In this document: piece by piece, positions 41,791 to 57,300 of the stretch | Layout of the letters: every line of letters begins with the position of its first letter | Position numbering within the stretch: the stretch's first letter is position 1 | Assembly: GCA_050613775.1 (NCBI GenBank) | Contig: JBODTK010000110.1 | Coordinates: 310,001-374,000 of the forward strand | Direction of reading: 5' to 3' | Origin: Neocallimastix sp. 'constans' | Lineage: Eukaryota | DNA length: 64,000 bases | Made by a program: the position numbers and the translations under genes | Notes under the pieces: model-generated | The model's database searches: none | What the model saw: only the letters and a program-made list of their open reading frames with translations | Told to the model about the DNA's origin: nothing

Positions 41791-44700
41791 TTTTTTTTGT
41801 TTTGTTTTGTTTTATTCAAAATTTTAGTGAAATTGCATACTATTTATATTAAAAAATTTTTTTTTTCCTTTGATATAGCTATTTAAACTATTGATATTAC
41901 TGTTGTTATTACTTTTTTTGGTAAATAAAAAAAACAATATATTATAAATAAACTTTACTATTTATTAAATTTTGTTGAATATAAATATTATTATGTTGGT
42001 GTATAAATTTTCTATTTAATAAATATAATGGTGATAAGTAGTTTATATATTTGTTTTATATAAATTATATTTCATATATTTTTGAACTTATTTGTTTTTA
42101 TTTCTATTTTATGTTATCCTTATATATAATTTATTTGTTTTTATTTTTATTTTATGATATCCTTATATATCCATTTTAATATTCAAAATATGTTTAAGAG
42201 AATAAAAAAAAATTTTTTTTTTTATTTCTTTTTATATTTAAATTTCTATTTCATATATATTTTATTTATACTATTTTGTTATTCTATAGTATACTACAGT
42301 AGTTTTATTCCATATATTTGTTTATATTTATTTTATATGTGTGCTTATTAATGACTGAACTATTTCAATTTATTTAGCTATTTATTTATTAAAATTAATA
42401 TAAATATATTTTAAAATTATGGCAAGTAAATTTTGGTTTAATTTTTAATTTTTATTTTAAGGTAAAGGTCAAAATAAAATAAAATAAAATAAAAAGTTTT
42501 TTTTTTTTTTTTTTTTGTTATTACTTTATGGTGTTGAAATTACTAGAAAGTGTAAAAATATATATAATGTATATACAAAATAAAAAAAATATAAAAGTTT
42601 TTTAATATTATTTTTTATTTATATGTGTACATTTTAATATTAATAAAATTATTTTTATCAAATATTTTTCTTTTATTTATATTATTTTTTTTTATTCTTA
42701 TTATTCCTTTCATTTATATTGATATATATTTTTTATTTGTTTGGACAAAAAATAATATTATGTGAAAAAAAAAAATATCGAAAATCTATTGGTTTTCTTA
42801 TTCTTATATTTATTTTTATATTTATTATTATTTTTGAAGAGATTAATAGTTAATATAACTAATATTATTGAATAAATAAAAGTTTGACTACTAAACTATA
42901 TTTTATTAATATTTTTTCTATTAAATTAAAAAAGAAACATTAGCAAGTATAACATATTTTAATGTCTTGAATTTTATTTTTACTTTATTTTTTTTTTTAA
43001 TTATTTAATTTTTTATTTTTTATGTATATTTACTTTGTGTATTTCTTAAATATAAATCCATTACATTTGATAATATATAATTATTTTTTTAATGAAAATA
43101 TTTATTATCTCCACTAATTATAATAAATAAAATAATATGCCGATATATATATGTTATTTATTATTCTATTATATAACGACCATTTTAAATTATATATAGT
43201 TTTTATTATCAATAATATTCTAATGATTATTTCTTGTTCTATCTTTAATTTATTATATTGAAATTGATATTATAACAGTAATAAAAAAAAAAAAAAGTGA
43301 ATGTACGAAATAATAAAATAATATATAAAAAGAAAATTTACATTTTTATAATTCCATATAATTATTTATATCGTTGTTTTTTTTTTTTTTTTTTGAACTG
43401 TTGAGTTTTTCCAAATTCTACTCAAAATAATTTATTTTTCAACACATTTATATTAAAATAATATTATTAATAAAATTTATAAATGAATGTATAACTGTTT
43501 TTATAATTAAAATATTTATAAACAATAATATTAAATAAAAAAAAAAAAAAAAAAAAAAAAAGTGAAAAAAGAAATTGTAACTAAGAAAATATATTGAGAA
43601 ATATCATATTTATATTAATAAACTGAATTATAAAAATAAAATAGTTATATTATTAAAAATTTATAAATTTATATTATAAATTTATACTATATATTATTTT
43701 TTTTTTTTTTTTTTTAATATAATATATTAAATTATTATTTGATAATTTTATTCTAAACTAATTATTTTATTATGATTATTATTAATATTTATTAGTATTA
43801 AAATAAATTTTTTTTATTATAATTTATTATATTTATTTAATATTTAGAATTTTATAATTAATAAAATTTAAAAATACTAATAAATAACTTTAATAATAAA
43901 TATAATAAAATAAATATTTATTATTAACAATTAACTATTAAAAAAAATTTTTTTTTGTTTTATTTTATTATGAACTATTTTAATTATATCTACTATAATT
44001 ATAATTTTTATTAAACATTTATTTAATTTTATTTATTTTTATATAGTTTTAAATAATTATTATTTTTTTTATTATATTATTATTAAATACACATTATTAT
44101 ATTTAAATATTTGATGATAACTATTTATTTAGTTAGAAATTTATATTATTATTTCATTTTTTATTATTATTTTTTTTTCTTTATTTAATTTATTATTATT
44201 ATTTAATATCTTAATTTTTTTTTTTTTTATTATTATTTTTTTATTTATTCAAATATATAAAAGTACTAAATAAAAATTAAAATTAATTATAAACTTTTTT
44301 TAAACTTTATTAAAATATATTAAATATTTTAATATATTTTTAAATTACACTTTTTAAATTTTTTTAATTAATACATATATATCACTTTAACTTTTCGTAA
44401 TTTTAAATAGATATTCAATACACTATAATATATAGAATATATATTTTTTATTTATTTTTTATAATAAATATAAAAAAAATCATAAAAAATATTACAATTA
44501 TTAATTATTAATTATTATTTATTATTATTGTTTATTATTGTTTATTATCAAATATTTCATTTTATTATTATTTATTAATATATATTATTATTTATTATTA
44601 TTAATTATTATTTATTAGTTATTATTATTTATTATTATTATTTATTATTAAATAAATAAATATTAGATATATACAATAAAATTAATATATTGCTTTATAC

Positions 44701-45542
44701 TAATAATACACCACTAATTCAATAGACTTAAAAATTAAATTTTTTATATTAAGTATAATTTGTTAGTTTTTTTTTTTTTAAAAAAATTAACAAAAACATT
44801 AATTTGATATAATGTTTACAATAATGTAAAATGACATTAAACTAATATTTTAATTATATATATAAAAATAATATAAAAAAGTATAGAAGAAATATTAAGT
44901 ATAGAAGATACTTAATATTTGTTATTTATTAATACTTAATATTTGTTATTTATTATTGTAAATTCTATTCATTATATAGTTAACAAATAATAATACAATA
45001 AAAAAAAAAAAAAAACTATATATGTTAAAATGATTTAATATCATTTCATTTTATTTATTGAAAACTTTATTTTATAATGGATAAAAATATATATATAATA
45101 AAATAATTAAAATATTATAGAAAATACTATCTTTATAATTTATCTTGTTTTTAACCTAATATTTTTATAGTAATATTAATATAATAATATTACACCTAAG
45201 CATTTTTTTTTATTTATTAGACAGTGTAAAAAATAATGCTTTATAATTTATAATTTTAATAGTATTATCAATTTTTATATAAAGAAAACTGTGGCTTTTT
45301 AGTAATATACATTTAATGTATTTAGTAAAAAGACCTATAATAAAATTACTTAAAACCATACATAATAATTATACTATTAATAAAATAATAATAATAATAA
45401 AAATAATAATAATAAGATATAGTTAAATTTGATTTAAAACTATTGAAATATACCTAATAATATTTGCTTAAATCTTTATTCAAAAAAATGCAAATATTTA
45501 TATTTAAAATGCAAATATTAATTGAATTTTTAAATAAATATT

Positions 45543-45933
45543 AGGGCTAATTATACTTCAATAATAATAAATATAAGGGCTAATTATACTTCAATAATAA
45601 TAATAAATATAAGAGCTAATTATACTTCAATAATAATAATAAATATAAGGGCTAATTATACTTCAATAATAATAATAAATATAAGGGCTAATTATACTTC
45701 AATAATAATAATAAATATAAGGGCTAATTATACTTCAATAATAATAAATATAAGGGCTAATTATACTTCAATAATAATAATAAATATAAGAGCTAATTAT
45801 ACTTCAATAATAATAATAAATATAAGGGCTAATTATACTTCAATAATAATAATAAATATAAGGTCTAATTATACTTCAATAATAATAATAAATATAAGGG
45901 CTAATTATACTTCAATAATAATAATAATAATAA
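45543..45933. repeat. Minisatellite, 11 copies of 33/36-bp AGGGCTAATTATACTTC(AAT)3-4AAATATA
   Basis: Units start at 45543, 45576, 45612, 45648, 45684, 45720, 45753, 45789, 45825, 45861 and 45897. Confidence 0.95.
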
Positions 45934-45956
45934 TGACAATTAATATGAAAAAATAA

Positions 45957-45990
45957 TTTTTGAACTAATATTTAAATATTAGTTCAAAAA
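45957..45990. repeat. Perfect 34-bp palindrome
   Basis: TTTTTGAACTAATATTT|AAATATTAGTTCAAAAA. Confidence 0.9.
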
Positions 45991-47243
45991 GGAAATATCA
46001 TTAAATAAAATCTCATAAAAGATAATTATATTTGAAAATAATATCTTTCATTTATTGTGGCGTATGAATTATAATATTAAATATCTTTTTTTTTTTTAAG
46101 TTTTTTACAAATAAACAATAACCTTCTATTTACATAACTAAGTCGATAATTTTTGTTTTTATTTTATTTTATTATTACTACTCTTAATATAATAATATTA
46201 TTATAATTATTATTATTTTAATTATTAATTTTTAGTTTTTAGTTTTAAAAATTAATCAATATTTGATATACCCAAAACGTTCAAAATAAAAAATTATTAT
46301 GAAAATTTAATATTTAAAATTAAATTAATAATATAAAAAATATAATTATTTATTTTTTTATTATTTTTTTTTTTATTTATTTATAATATTCCAAATTTAC
46401 AATCTCATATTTTGTTATTAGATTTTATTTTAAATTAATTTTTAATAATATATAAGTTATATTAGTATATTAGTATAAAGTTATATCTATGTATGTAGGT
46501 GTCAATAATCTACTTTAATATCAATTATAATATATGTTAAAAATATTTTATTTTCTGGGATTTCATAATTGATGCATTCTTATTTTTATTTAATAAAACA
46601 TTTTCTATATGTAGAGTATTGTAAATAAATTACCTTACATATTTCATTTTCAATTTTTTCCTTTTCCTTTCTTTCAGAAGATATTTTGTAATATATATTT
46701 AATTTCATAGTTATATTAATATGTATTCTTATTAATTTATAGAAAAAATGTTATTTTTTCGAGAATATAAAGATTTTAATTTTTTTTTTTTATTTCATAA
46801 ATTAAACTTTCAGGATTAATTTTATCATAAAATTTATTTGTAATAATTTATTTTTTCAGGTAAAAAATTCAGCTTTGATTGAATTAATTTTTTTTTTTTT
46901 TTTTTTTTTTATTAAAAGATACTTTTTTTCTATTTTAATATAAAATTCAATTTAATATTTCTCTTTGAGTAAGATGTTGACTTTAGAGTCATTGAAATCC
47001 TTAAAATATCTATTTAGAATTAAAAATAATACATTAATTACATATGTATTTATACATATACAATGTGGCTAACAACATACATAGCAATATTGAATTGTAT
47101 TAATAACTCAATATTTTTAACATATTCCAACCATACATTAAAATGAATATCTGTTAAGGTTTTTCATTTACCAAGAAATTTACTAAAATAAAATTTATTT
47201 CTTTAATAAAATATAAATTAACATAATTATCATACATATTAAA

Positions 47244-47291
<48 letters not shown>

Positions 47292-49140
47292 TAATAATAT
47301 ATATATATTATAATCTAAAAGAACAAAAAATGTAATTGTAAATGTATTATATTCCATACAATTAAAATTATCATTAATATAAGTATCTTCTATTCCAACT
47401 AATTTTAAAAAAATAAAAAAAAAAAAAAAAAAAAAGCATATTAAATAAATGAAGAGTTAAAATATTATAAAATGATATATATATTAAATCATTTTAAGTC
47501 ATTTTAAATCATTTTAGGATTATAAATGCTATGATTATTAATGATATTTATTAAATATATATGAATAAAATAACCTAAACTATTGTAATGCGATTCATTT
47601 TTAATATATATATATATATTTTTTTCATTTTAAAGTTCATAAATTTAACTCTATATACTTTTAAAAGTTTTTCTATGCAGTATGGTGTAAAATAAGATAA
47701 CCGAGAGAGTATAATATTTTTTTTTAATAAAATTTTATAGTTGTCTTGATTTATTTATGAAAATTATATACAATTCAAAAACTTTATAATATTTAAATGA
47801 TATTGTAATTAATCATAATAATATTAAATATAAATATATATATATATAAATACAGAAAAAAAATAAAGTAGAATTAAAAAGAAATAAAATTATTTTTTAT
47901 GTGATATTTTTAGAATTATATGATTATATTTTAAAAAATGTATATAGATATTTTTGATACATTAAAATTTATATGAAAATTAAATTTTAACTTCAAATAA
48001 AATATATATATATATTTATGTATTATATATAAATTATTATCCAATAACATAAGAGTAATCTACATAATAACATTTAAGTATTTATTTATTTATTTATTTA
48101 TAAAATTATTTTTAATTTCATAAAATATCTTTTTTTTTTTTTTTTTTTTTTTTTGTAGATGAATATATTTAAATTTATATGTAAAAAGTTTTAATAATTC
48201 CATGAAAAAAAAAAATAGATAAAAATAGAATATAAAATAAAATAAATTTTAACAACTTTAAAAATAGGAAATTTTTTTTTTTTTTTTAAAAAAAATTCAT
48301 TAAAGGAATAAAATATTAATATTATTTCTGTATTTTTAGTTTAATCATTTATAGTAGTATTTAAGTATACATGTATTAATAATATTAATATTATTTTAAA
48401 TAAAAGAAACACAAAAAGATTAAATGTAAAAAAAAATAGAAATTATTAATAAAAAAAAAAGTAAAGGAAAGAAAAAAAGATAATTATAAAACATTAAAAT
48501 TAGTTTTTATTTATAGTATTATTTTTTATATGGAATTTTTAATCATTAATAAAAAATTTTTTTATCTTTTAAAATAAATATAAATCCATATATATTATAA
48601 ATAAAAAAAAATTAAAAACTATTTTAATAATTTTTTATACGTTTAAAACTATAAAAAAGATAATAATAATAAATTATTTTATTATTAATTATAATATTTT
48701 ACTTAAAATATATAAAAGTATTAATATAAAATATGATATACATATTTTTTATTAATGTTTCAATTAATATAATAATTTAAAACAAGAAAATAAATTTAAA
48801 AAGGATATATCTTAATATTAACCAGTAACAATAATATTAAATAGAAAAAAAATTGATACAACAACTGATATATAAAATAATTAAGCAAATGTTTCATTTG
48901 CGAAATTAATATTTTTTGGAATAAATATTTTATACATTTAATTATAATATATATATATAATATTGTAGAATTTTTTTCATATTTTTTATGTCTAGTATTT
49001 TTTTCATTTAATTAATTAATAATTATTTTTTAGAATGTACTGAAGGATTATTAAGGTTTTTAAAATTTTTAAAGTTTTTTTTTTTCAAACGAAACATTTT
49101 TTATTTAGATTATTTTTTGATTATTTTCTTTTTTTGAGCA

Positions 49141-49171
<31 letters not shown>

Positions 49172-49714
49172 TAGTAATGTATAATGATTTTTAAAATAAT
49201 AAAATTAATAATTAATAATTATTAATAAATTTTGATTTATAAATTAAATTTGATTAATTATTATTTTAATAACTAACCAATAATAAATATAATATACTTT
49301 TACATTAATATTTTAAATTTTCAAATTAAAAAAAAAAAATATAAAAATATAAAAAAATATAGTAGTTTTATAAATAATAAATACTAAAAAAATGAATATT
49401 GAAATAATAAGTATTTCAATAATTTTTCAATATTTATATGCTATAGAGATAATAAAAAAATTAGAATAGTCAATACAATTAAATTATAAATAATAAAAAT
49501 ATCCATATTATTTAATTTAGATACTAATTAATAAATCTATATAATAATTATTAAAATCAATAAAAAAAAAAAATCCTAACTCGTTAATACATATATAGAT
49601 TGATTGTATAAAAAGAAAAAAATATTATTCTCATTAATTGTAATATTATTTTAATAATTAAAAAAATAAATATAAAATAAAAAATAGTTAATAAATTTAT
49701 ACAATAATTATTAA

Positions 49715-49784
49715 AATCAATAAAAAAAAAATAGTCTGTACTATTTAATAATTAAATGGTACGGACTATTTTTTTTTATTGATT
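49715..49784. repeat. Near-perfect inverted repeat, arms of about 34 bp
   Basis: aatcaat(A)ntagtctgtactatttaat-a-attaaatggtacggacta(T)nattgatt. Confidence 0.85.
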
Positions 49785-49998
49785 AAAAATTTTATATATA
49801 CTAAAGTAAATTCTTTAAATAATGAAGTATATTAATATCTGGATATAACGTATCCATTTTAAGTTTCGAAACTTATTATTCTTAAATTTATTCCATTATC
49901 CAATCTACTATAGCAATAAGAATATAATATAATTGACACTGTAAATAATAATTATTTTTCATTAAAAATTATATATATATTGTATATATATATTTATA

Positions 49999-50029
<31 letters not shown>

Positions 50030-50658
50030 AAATTTTAATGGTAATTTATGGTGTTATATGCAGGTAAAATTATAACCTTTTATTTTTGGTTAAACTGCTT
50101 TTATTATTAATTATTCCATACATTTATATAGTAAATAAAAATAGTTTTGCCTATCCAATATATATATAATAATAGATATATATTATATTCATCTATTATT
50201 ATATATACATTGCCTATTCAATGTATATAATAGTAAATAATTAATAATATATTGATATTAAATAATTAATTTAGATAAAATTTAATATTTTCTAGTATGG
50301 ACAAAGTTGTTAATTTATTTGAAAAGTAATTGTTGTAGCATACAAAGATAAGATTATTACATTTTTTTTTATATATTATAAAAAAGATTAGACTGTTTTT
50401 AGTTTTTATTATCTATATATTTATATACTAATTAGATGAAAAATAGTTCATATTATTTAGTATTTTAGATCTATTTAGATATAAATTACTTTTAATTTAT
50501 TATTTAATATTAATGTAAAACTAAACCATTTATTGTTATATAAATAGAATAAGCAAGTTATATTATTTACAACAAAAAAGGATGAAATTATTATTATTTT
50601 TTTTATGTATTATGATGTAAATTAATAGTATGTATAAATTAATAGTATGTATTAACTA

Positions 50659-50703
<45 letters not shown>

Positions 50704-53700
50704 GTTATTATTGTTATTATTATTATTTTATAATTATTAACCTTTCCTTGAAAATCATCTAAACCAAGTTAAAAGAAAAATATATTTTTTTACAATATAG
50801 ATAATAATTTATATGTTAAATATTGTAAGTAAATAATTATTTTACTTCAGTTTTGTGAACTTTAAAAATTATATTATTTGTTCATAATTAAAATTTATAT
50901 TTAATTAATGGAAATGAAAAATTGAATGATTTTAAAGTTAATTATCATCATAATATGTTGATGATGGTAGACTCTTAAAAAAAAAGCTATGATAAATTAA
51001 AAACATATTTTTATAATGATATATATATAATGCTTTAAAATACTGTATTTAAAATAATAAAAAGAAACAATAATGATAAATTTAAAACTACATCATATAT
51101 AATTATAGGCTTATTATTACGTATATTATATATGTTTCATGAAATATACTATTAATAACAACTAATTATAATAATATAATTAATATATAGTAAAAGTAAT
51201 AATAATAAAAATAATATTGTATAATATACATTTTTACTGTTAACAAATATAAAAGAAAATCAATATAATATTTATAATAATTCGGGAATTAATAATTGAA
51301 AATATAATTTTTGACAATATAAGATACTATAAAATAAAAATAGTATCTTCGATATATAATATTAAAATCACTATAAAAATAAATAGTAGTATCTTCACAA
51401 CTATAAAATAATAAAAATAAAAATTTCACAAATAAATATATATAATATTATTATTAATGAATATATTTATCAAAAATAATATTAATTATAAAATAATGAA
51501 TAATAAATTTACAATAAATAATACAATAATAATATTAATAATAATAAAATATAATTAATAATTAATCATATATCAAAAAAATATATATATATATTAATGG
51601 TTTATAAATATTTATTGAATATTTAATTTAATGGGAATATATTAAATTTATTTATATATATTAATTTATTTATTTAATAATTTTTTCCACTAATCAATTA
51701 ATTAATTTAAAAATACCATTAAATTTCATATATCCTTTATAAAATATATATTTTTTATTTCAATTTATTTTTTCAATATAAAATAGCTTTTATTAATAAC
51801 TAATCTAAAATTATTAAATTAATAATAAAAGGAAGGTTAATTTTTATAAATTTTTGGTTTAGAAATATTCATAATATAATATGTATATATTTTTATTCAT
51901 TTACAATATTAATTAATATGATAATTCTATTTAATATTATTTAACAATTTATTAAATAGTACTAATTCTTTATACCTTTCTATTATTATCATGAACTTTT
52001 TGAATTTTAATATTTTAATTTAATAATATCAATTTTTTTTTTTTTTTTTATTTGATATTTAAAATTTCTACAGAATAAAAATATTTTCTATTTAATATTA
52101 TTTTTCATTATAATTGCTACTAATATTTTATCCCTTCTATTTTATATTATAAAAAATACTATTAATATTTTAATACCTTTAAACTATTTTTATTTTAATA
52201 TTTTTTTTTTATTTTAAAAAAAAAAGCAATTTTTTATTATTTATAATAAATTCTTAGAATTAAAAAATTAAAAAGATAATTTTAAGTTTCAGAAAGAAAA
52301 ATTTTTTTAAATAAATTAAATTTTTTATTTTTTGATATTTAATCATAATTATAAAAGTTTTTTAATAATATAAACATATAAAATTAAAATTTAAATCGGA
52401 GTTATAATTGTATAAAAAAATGGATCAAATTTTATTAAAAAAATTTTTTATCAAAAATATACATATTACTTTTATTATTTGTATATATTTAACGAAACAA
52501 TAAAATATTATAAAAAAAAAATAAAAAAAAAAGGTATAGAAATTTTATTTTCATATGTAAATATGTATATTAAAGATACTATAAAATGTATTTATTATAA
52601 GTAATTTTTTATGTTTTGAATTTATTTATATTTTTTTTTTCTAAAAAAAAATATCAATATAAAATAGGAAAAGTTTATGCTATTATGAGGATATAAAAGT
52701 TTAATTTTTTTTTTTTAATTTTAAAATATTTCTTTTTTTAAATAATAAAATTCATTAATAGTAATAACTAAAGTTAGGAATAAAAAAAAATATAGTTATA
52801 TAGTAATATAATAATTTTATTAATTTTATGATATATAATTATTAATATTTTATTTACTCTATTCTTTATTATATTATTATTATACTACTTATTAAATATA
52901 ATTTTTTTATTTTATTTTATTTTATTTTATTTTATTTTTTTTTCATTTTTTTTCGAGGTCATTTTTTAATTACAATATTATATATATTATATACATTTTT
53001 TCTTTTAAATTAATATTTTTAAAATATTTTATCTTTTTATATATGAACATTTATATATTATAAATTAAAATATTTCAATCTTTATATTACATAAAATATT
53101 TAAAATCTTAATTATTTAAATTCTATTAATTTAATCTTATTTTTTGAATTTAATTAATGTTAAATTTTTAATTTTAATTTTTTTTTTTTTTTTTTTTTAA
53201 TTTTTATGATTTTATTCCATAGTGAATTAAATAAATGATTTAATAAATTTTTAAATATAGAAAGTTAAGTAAAATAAAAAAAAAAAAAAAAAATACATTA
53301 TATAGAATTTAAAAGACTAAAAAAAAAGTAGATAAATAAGTAAATAATACATATATACCTTTTTTTTTTAAAAAAAATAATATATATATTAATAATTGGT
53401 ATATTTTAATGTTATATCCACTTTTAATCTATATATATAATATACATATATTTATTTTTATTTTATATTAGTCTAATTTTTATTATTTATAATTAATAAC
53501 ATGATAAGCATAACTTTTATTATAGAATTTACTATTAAAATGGCATTTTAATAAGAATTATGACAATTTTTTTTAAATATTTTTATAATATTATTAATAC
53601 AATATTAATTGTATTTTATATATATATATATATATATGTCGTTTTTAATTAAAAGAATTTTTTTAATTAGAATAGAATAAAAAATATTATTATTAAGTAT

Positions 53701-53937
53701 TTTATTTTAATTACTTTTTTTCATTAATTTTTAAATTAAAAGAATTAAAATAAGAATTTTTTTTAATTAGAAGAAATAAAGTTTATTTAAACTATATGTA
53801 AAGCATTTATAAAAGAAAAATAATTAATTTACCAATATTTTAATTATATTTATAAAAAAGATTATTACATCATATTAAAAAATTTTTTTTAATACGTTAA
53901 AATATTCATTATTATTTTTATTATTTTATTATTTTTA

Positions 53938-53972
<35 letters not shown>

Positions 53973-54372
53973 TTATTTTGACTTTTTTTTTATTATAATT
54001 AAATTAATATTATAAGAAATATAGCAAAAATTAAGTAAGAGTAAACCTTTATTTCAAATGATTTTCATTTAAATATTAATATTTTATTTTTTTCCAATTA
54101 AAAAATACAATTTATAAAAGAATTTAAAATTCTGAAGAAAGAAAAGAACTATTGACAGAAACAAAAAAGAAATAGAAAGTTATCTAAGAACTATTTGATT
54201 ATTGTAATAATATCAAAAAAAAAAATTTTTTATATTTTGATTTATACAATTTGAAAGTTAGAAAGAAAATAGAAAGAGAAAGGAAAAAGAGAAGAAAAAG
54301 AGAAAGAAAATAATAATAAAAAAGTGAAAAAGAATAAAACAAACAAACAAAGAAAAAAATAAAATAAAAATT

Positions 54373-57300
54373 ATGTCAAAACATTATACCAATACCGAAA
54401 GTAGTCAGTATTATAGACCAAGTGTTTATAATAATCCACCCTCAGATTATATTCCACCTCCTTCAAAACAATCATGGAGTGGTTTTCCTAATAGTCCAAC
54501 TTCTAGTAATGTGAATGATGATAATTATTACAATGGTGATATTACAAATGCATATAGTAAAAAAAATAATAGTAGACCGAATGGAGGAGAAATTCCTATG
54601 AACACTATATCTATTGATAATGATTCTTATCCAGGAAATAAAACATACAGTAAATATAATTCATATAATCCAAATTTACAAAATAGTACCAATTATACCT
54701 ATTCTACACAAAATGTTGATGCATTTCCTAATAGGTACAATGCACCTAGAGTTCCTCTGGCAGATCCTCAAACACCAAAAGAAAGAACTCAAAGAAAAAT
54801 AGCTTTAATTTGGACATTGGCAGCATCTATATTATTAATTACACCAGTAATTGTTGGTAAGAAGGATTAATATATATACAAAAATTTAATTGATATATTT
54901 AATATATTAGTTTTTTCCTTTACTGTTAATTCACAATTCACGATATATAATATAAAAAATTATTATTTTATTATTTTATTATTTTTATTACTTTTTCTAT
55001 TTTTATTATTTTATTTTTTATTTTATTACTTTATTATTTTTATTATTTTAAAATTTTTAATATTTTTAATATTTTATTATTTAATTATTTTTTTTTTCAT
55101 TATTAATTTTTAGAGTATTTTATATATGGAATTTTTTTTTTTTTTTTTTTATATTAATATATGATTTAAAAATTAAAAATAGATAAATAATAAAATAATT
55201 GTGTTACATTATTTTATATATAATTTTTTTTCATAATTAATTTTTTAATTAATATTTACTATTTTACAAGAAAAATTTTACATGTTAATATATTATATTA
55301 GTATTTAAATATTTTTAATTCCATAAAAAAAAAAAAAGCAAAAATATTTTTATTTTTATATTATTGTAAATTTAATATATGAAAAACAATATTGACTTTT
55401 ATAGAAATACCATAATTTATTATTATTATTATTATTATTATTTTTTTTTTAATTTTTTTTATTTATTTACTATACCATTTTGAAATTTTTAGTATTAATG
55501 ACTAATATATTTTTTTCTTTTATATATTTTTATATTAAAATAATGTGGATGAAAAATTTATATACAAAAAAAAAAAAAAAAAAAAAAATCAAATAAATGA
55601 ATGAATAAAATTAATTAAAAAATTTAATAAAGGATATATTATTGGACAGGCTATTATTAGAACAACACTGTGGACGTTAGGTTTTTACGGTTTAGTCATT
55701 GTTATTCATTATATTGTTCAAGCTATATTTGCATATTTGAATTATAGAAAGGTTACAAAAAATAAAAATAGAAGACGTAAAGATTGGACAGGTCTTTCCA
55801 CTGGTTTATTAGTAGTAGGTTATAAAGAAGATCCAGAATTATTTAGAGGTTGTCTTAAATCTATTACATATTTAAGATATGCTAAAAATGAAAGAATTAT
55901 CGTAGTAGTAGATGGTAATGAGGAAGAGGATCGTTATATGGGTGATATCTTTTCAAAAGTTTTCTCAAGATGGGATCATCGTGTTATCACTACTGATTTT
56001 AGACTCCAAGATATTGAAATGTTTGAACAAAGAGCTATAAAATTAGTAGAAGAAGTTAAAAAGTGTATGGGTCCTGTTTGTATAATGCAACGTAAGTTTT
56101 TTTTTATTTTTTAAAAAAAAAAAAAAATTAAAATATTATAAATATTTATTTATAATTAATAAATATCTATTTTATTTTATAATAATAATTTATTGTATAT
56201 TTTACTAATTAATTATAATTTTAATTTTATATATTTATTATTATTTATATATTTATTTATTTTTATATTTTTTTTATCTTTATTTAAATTTAATATAATT
56301 ATTGTTTTGAATATATATATATATATTACTTTTAAATAAAAACAAAAAAAAAAAAAAAAAAAAAAAACATTAAAAAAATTATATATATATATATAATAAA
56401 TATAGCACACTTCGGTAAAAGAGCTGCTATGTATACTGGTTTCCAAGTATTATTACAATGTCAAGTAGAAGCTGTTGTAGTCACAGATTCAGATACAATT
56501 TTAGATACTCACTGTATTAAGGAATTAGCCTTCATGCTTGATGATAATTTTGTTGGTGCTGCAACAGGTGATGTCAGAATTTGGAACACTGGAACCTTAC
56601 TTTCCTTTCTTTCTTCTTTACGTTATTGGTTTGCTTTCAATATGGAAAGATCTGCTCAATCCTTCCAAAATTGTGTTACATGTGTCTCTGGTCCATTAGG
56701 TATATATAGAAGTGATGTCTTGAGAGAAATTATTAATAAATGGATTAATCAAAGATTCTTGGGATCCTTATGTACTTATGGTGATGATCGACACTTGTAA
56801 GTTTTTCAAAATTATTATATAAATATATATAAACGAGTAATGTGATAGTAGAAAAAAATACATACATATATATATTTATTTAAATTTTAAAATTTGATTT
56901 TATAATAAAAAATATAATTAATTAAAAATATATAATAATACTTTTAAACTTTAATTATAAAAATTTAAACTAATGAATACTTTTTATTCTTTTTTTTTTT
57001 TTTAAAAAAAAAAAAATAATTATTGAATAAATATATTATCATTTCAAAATAATAATTAAATTATCTATAGAACAAATTTAACTTTATCTTTGGGAAGATA
57101 TGTAAAATATACACCATATGCTTTTTGTTACACAGAAACACCTGAAACTTTCATTAGATGGGTTACTCAACAAACAAGATGGAGTAAATCATTTTATCGT
57201 GAGGCACTTTTTGCTATTAAAGCTGTACCAGTTCAAAGTTTATGGATGACTTATGAAATTATCTTCCATATTATTTATCCATTCATTTTAATTTATTCTC

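Noticed and set aside
45543..45933. CRISPR array or telomeric repeat (contains one TTAGGG)
   Set aside because: The units are contiguous with no spacers, and TTAGGG is not tandemly repeated.
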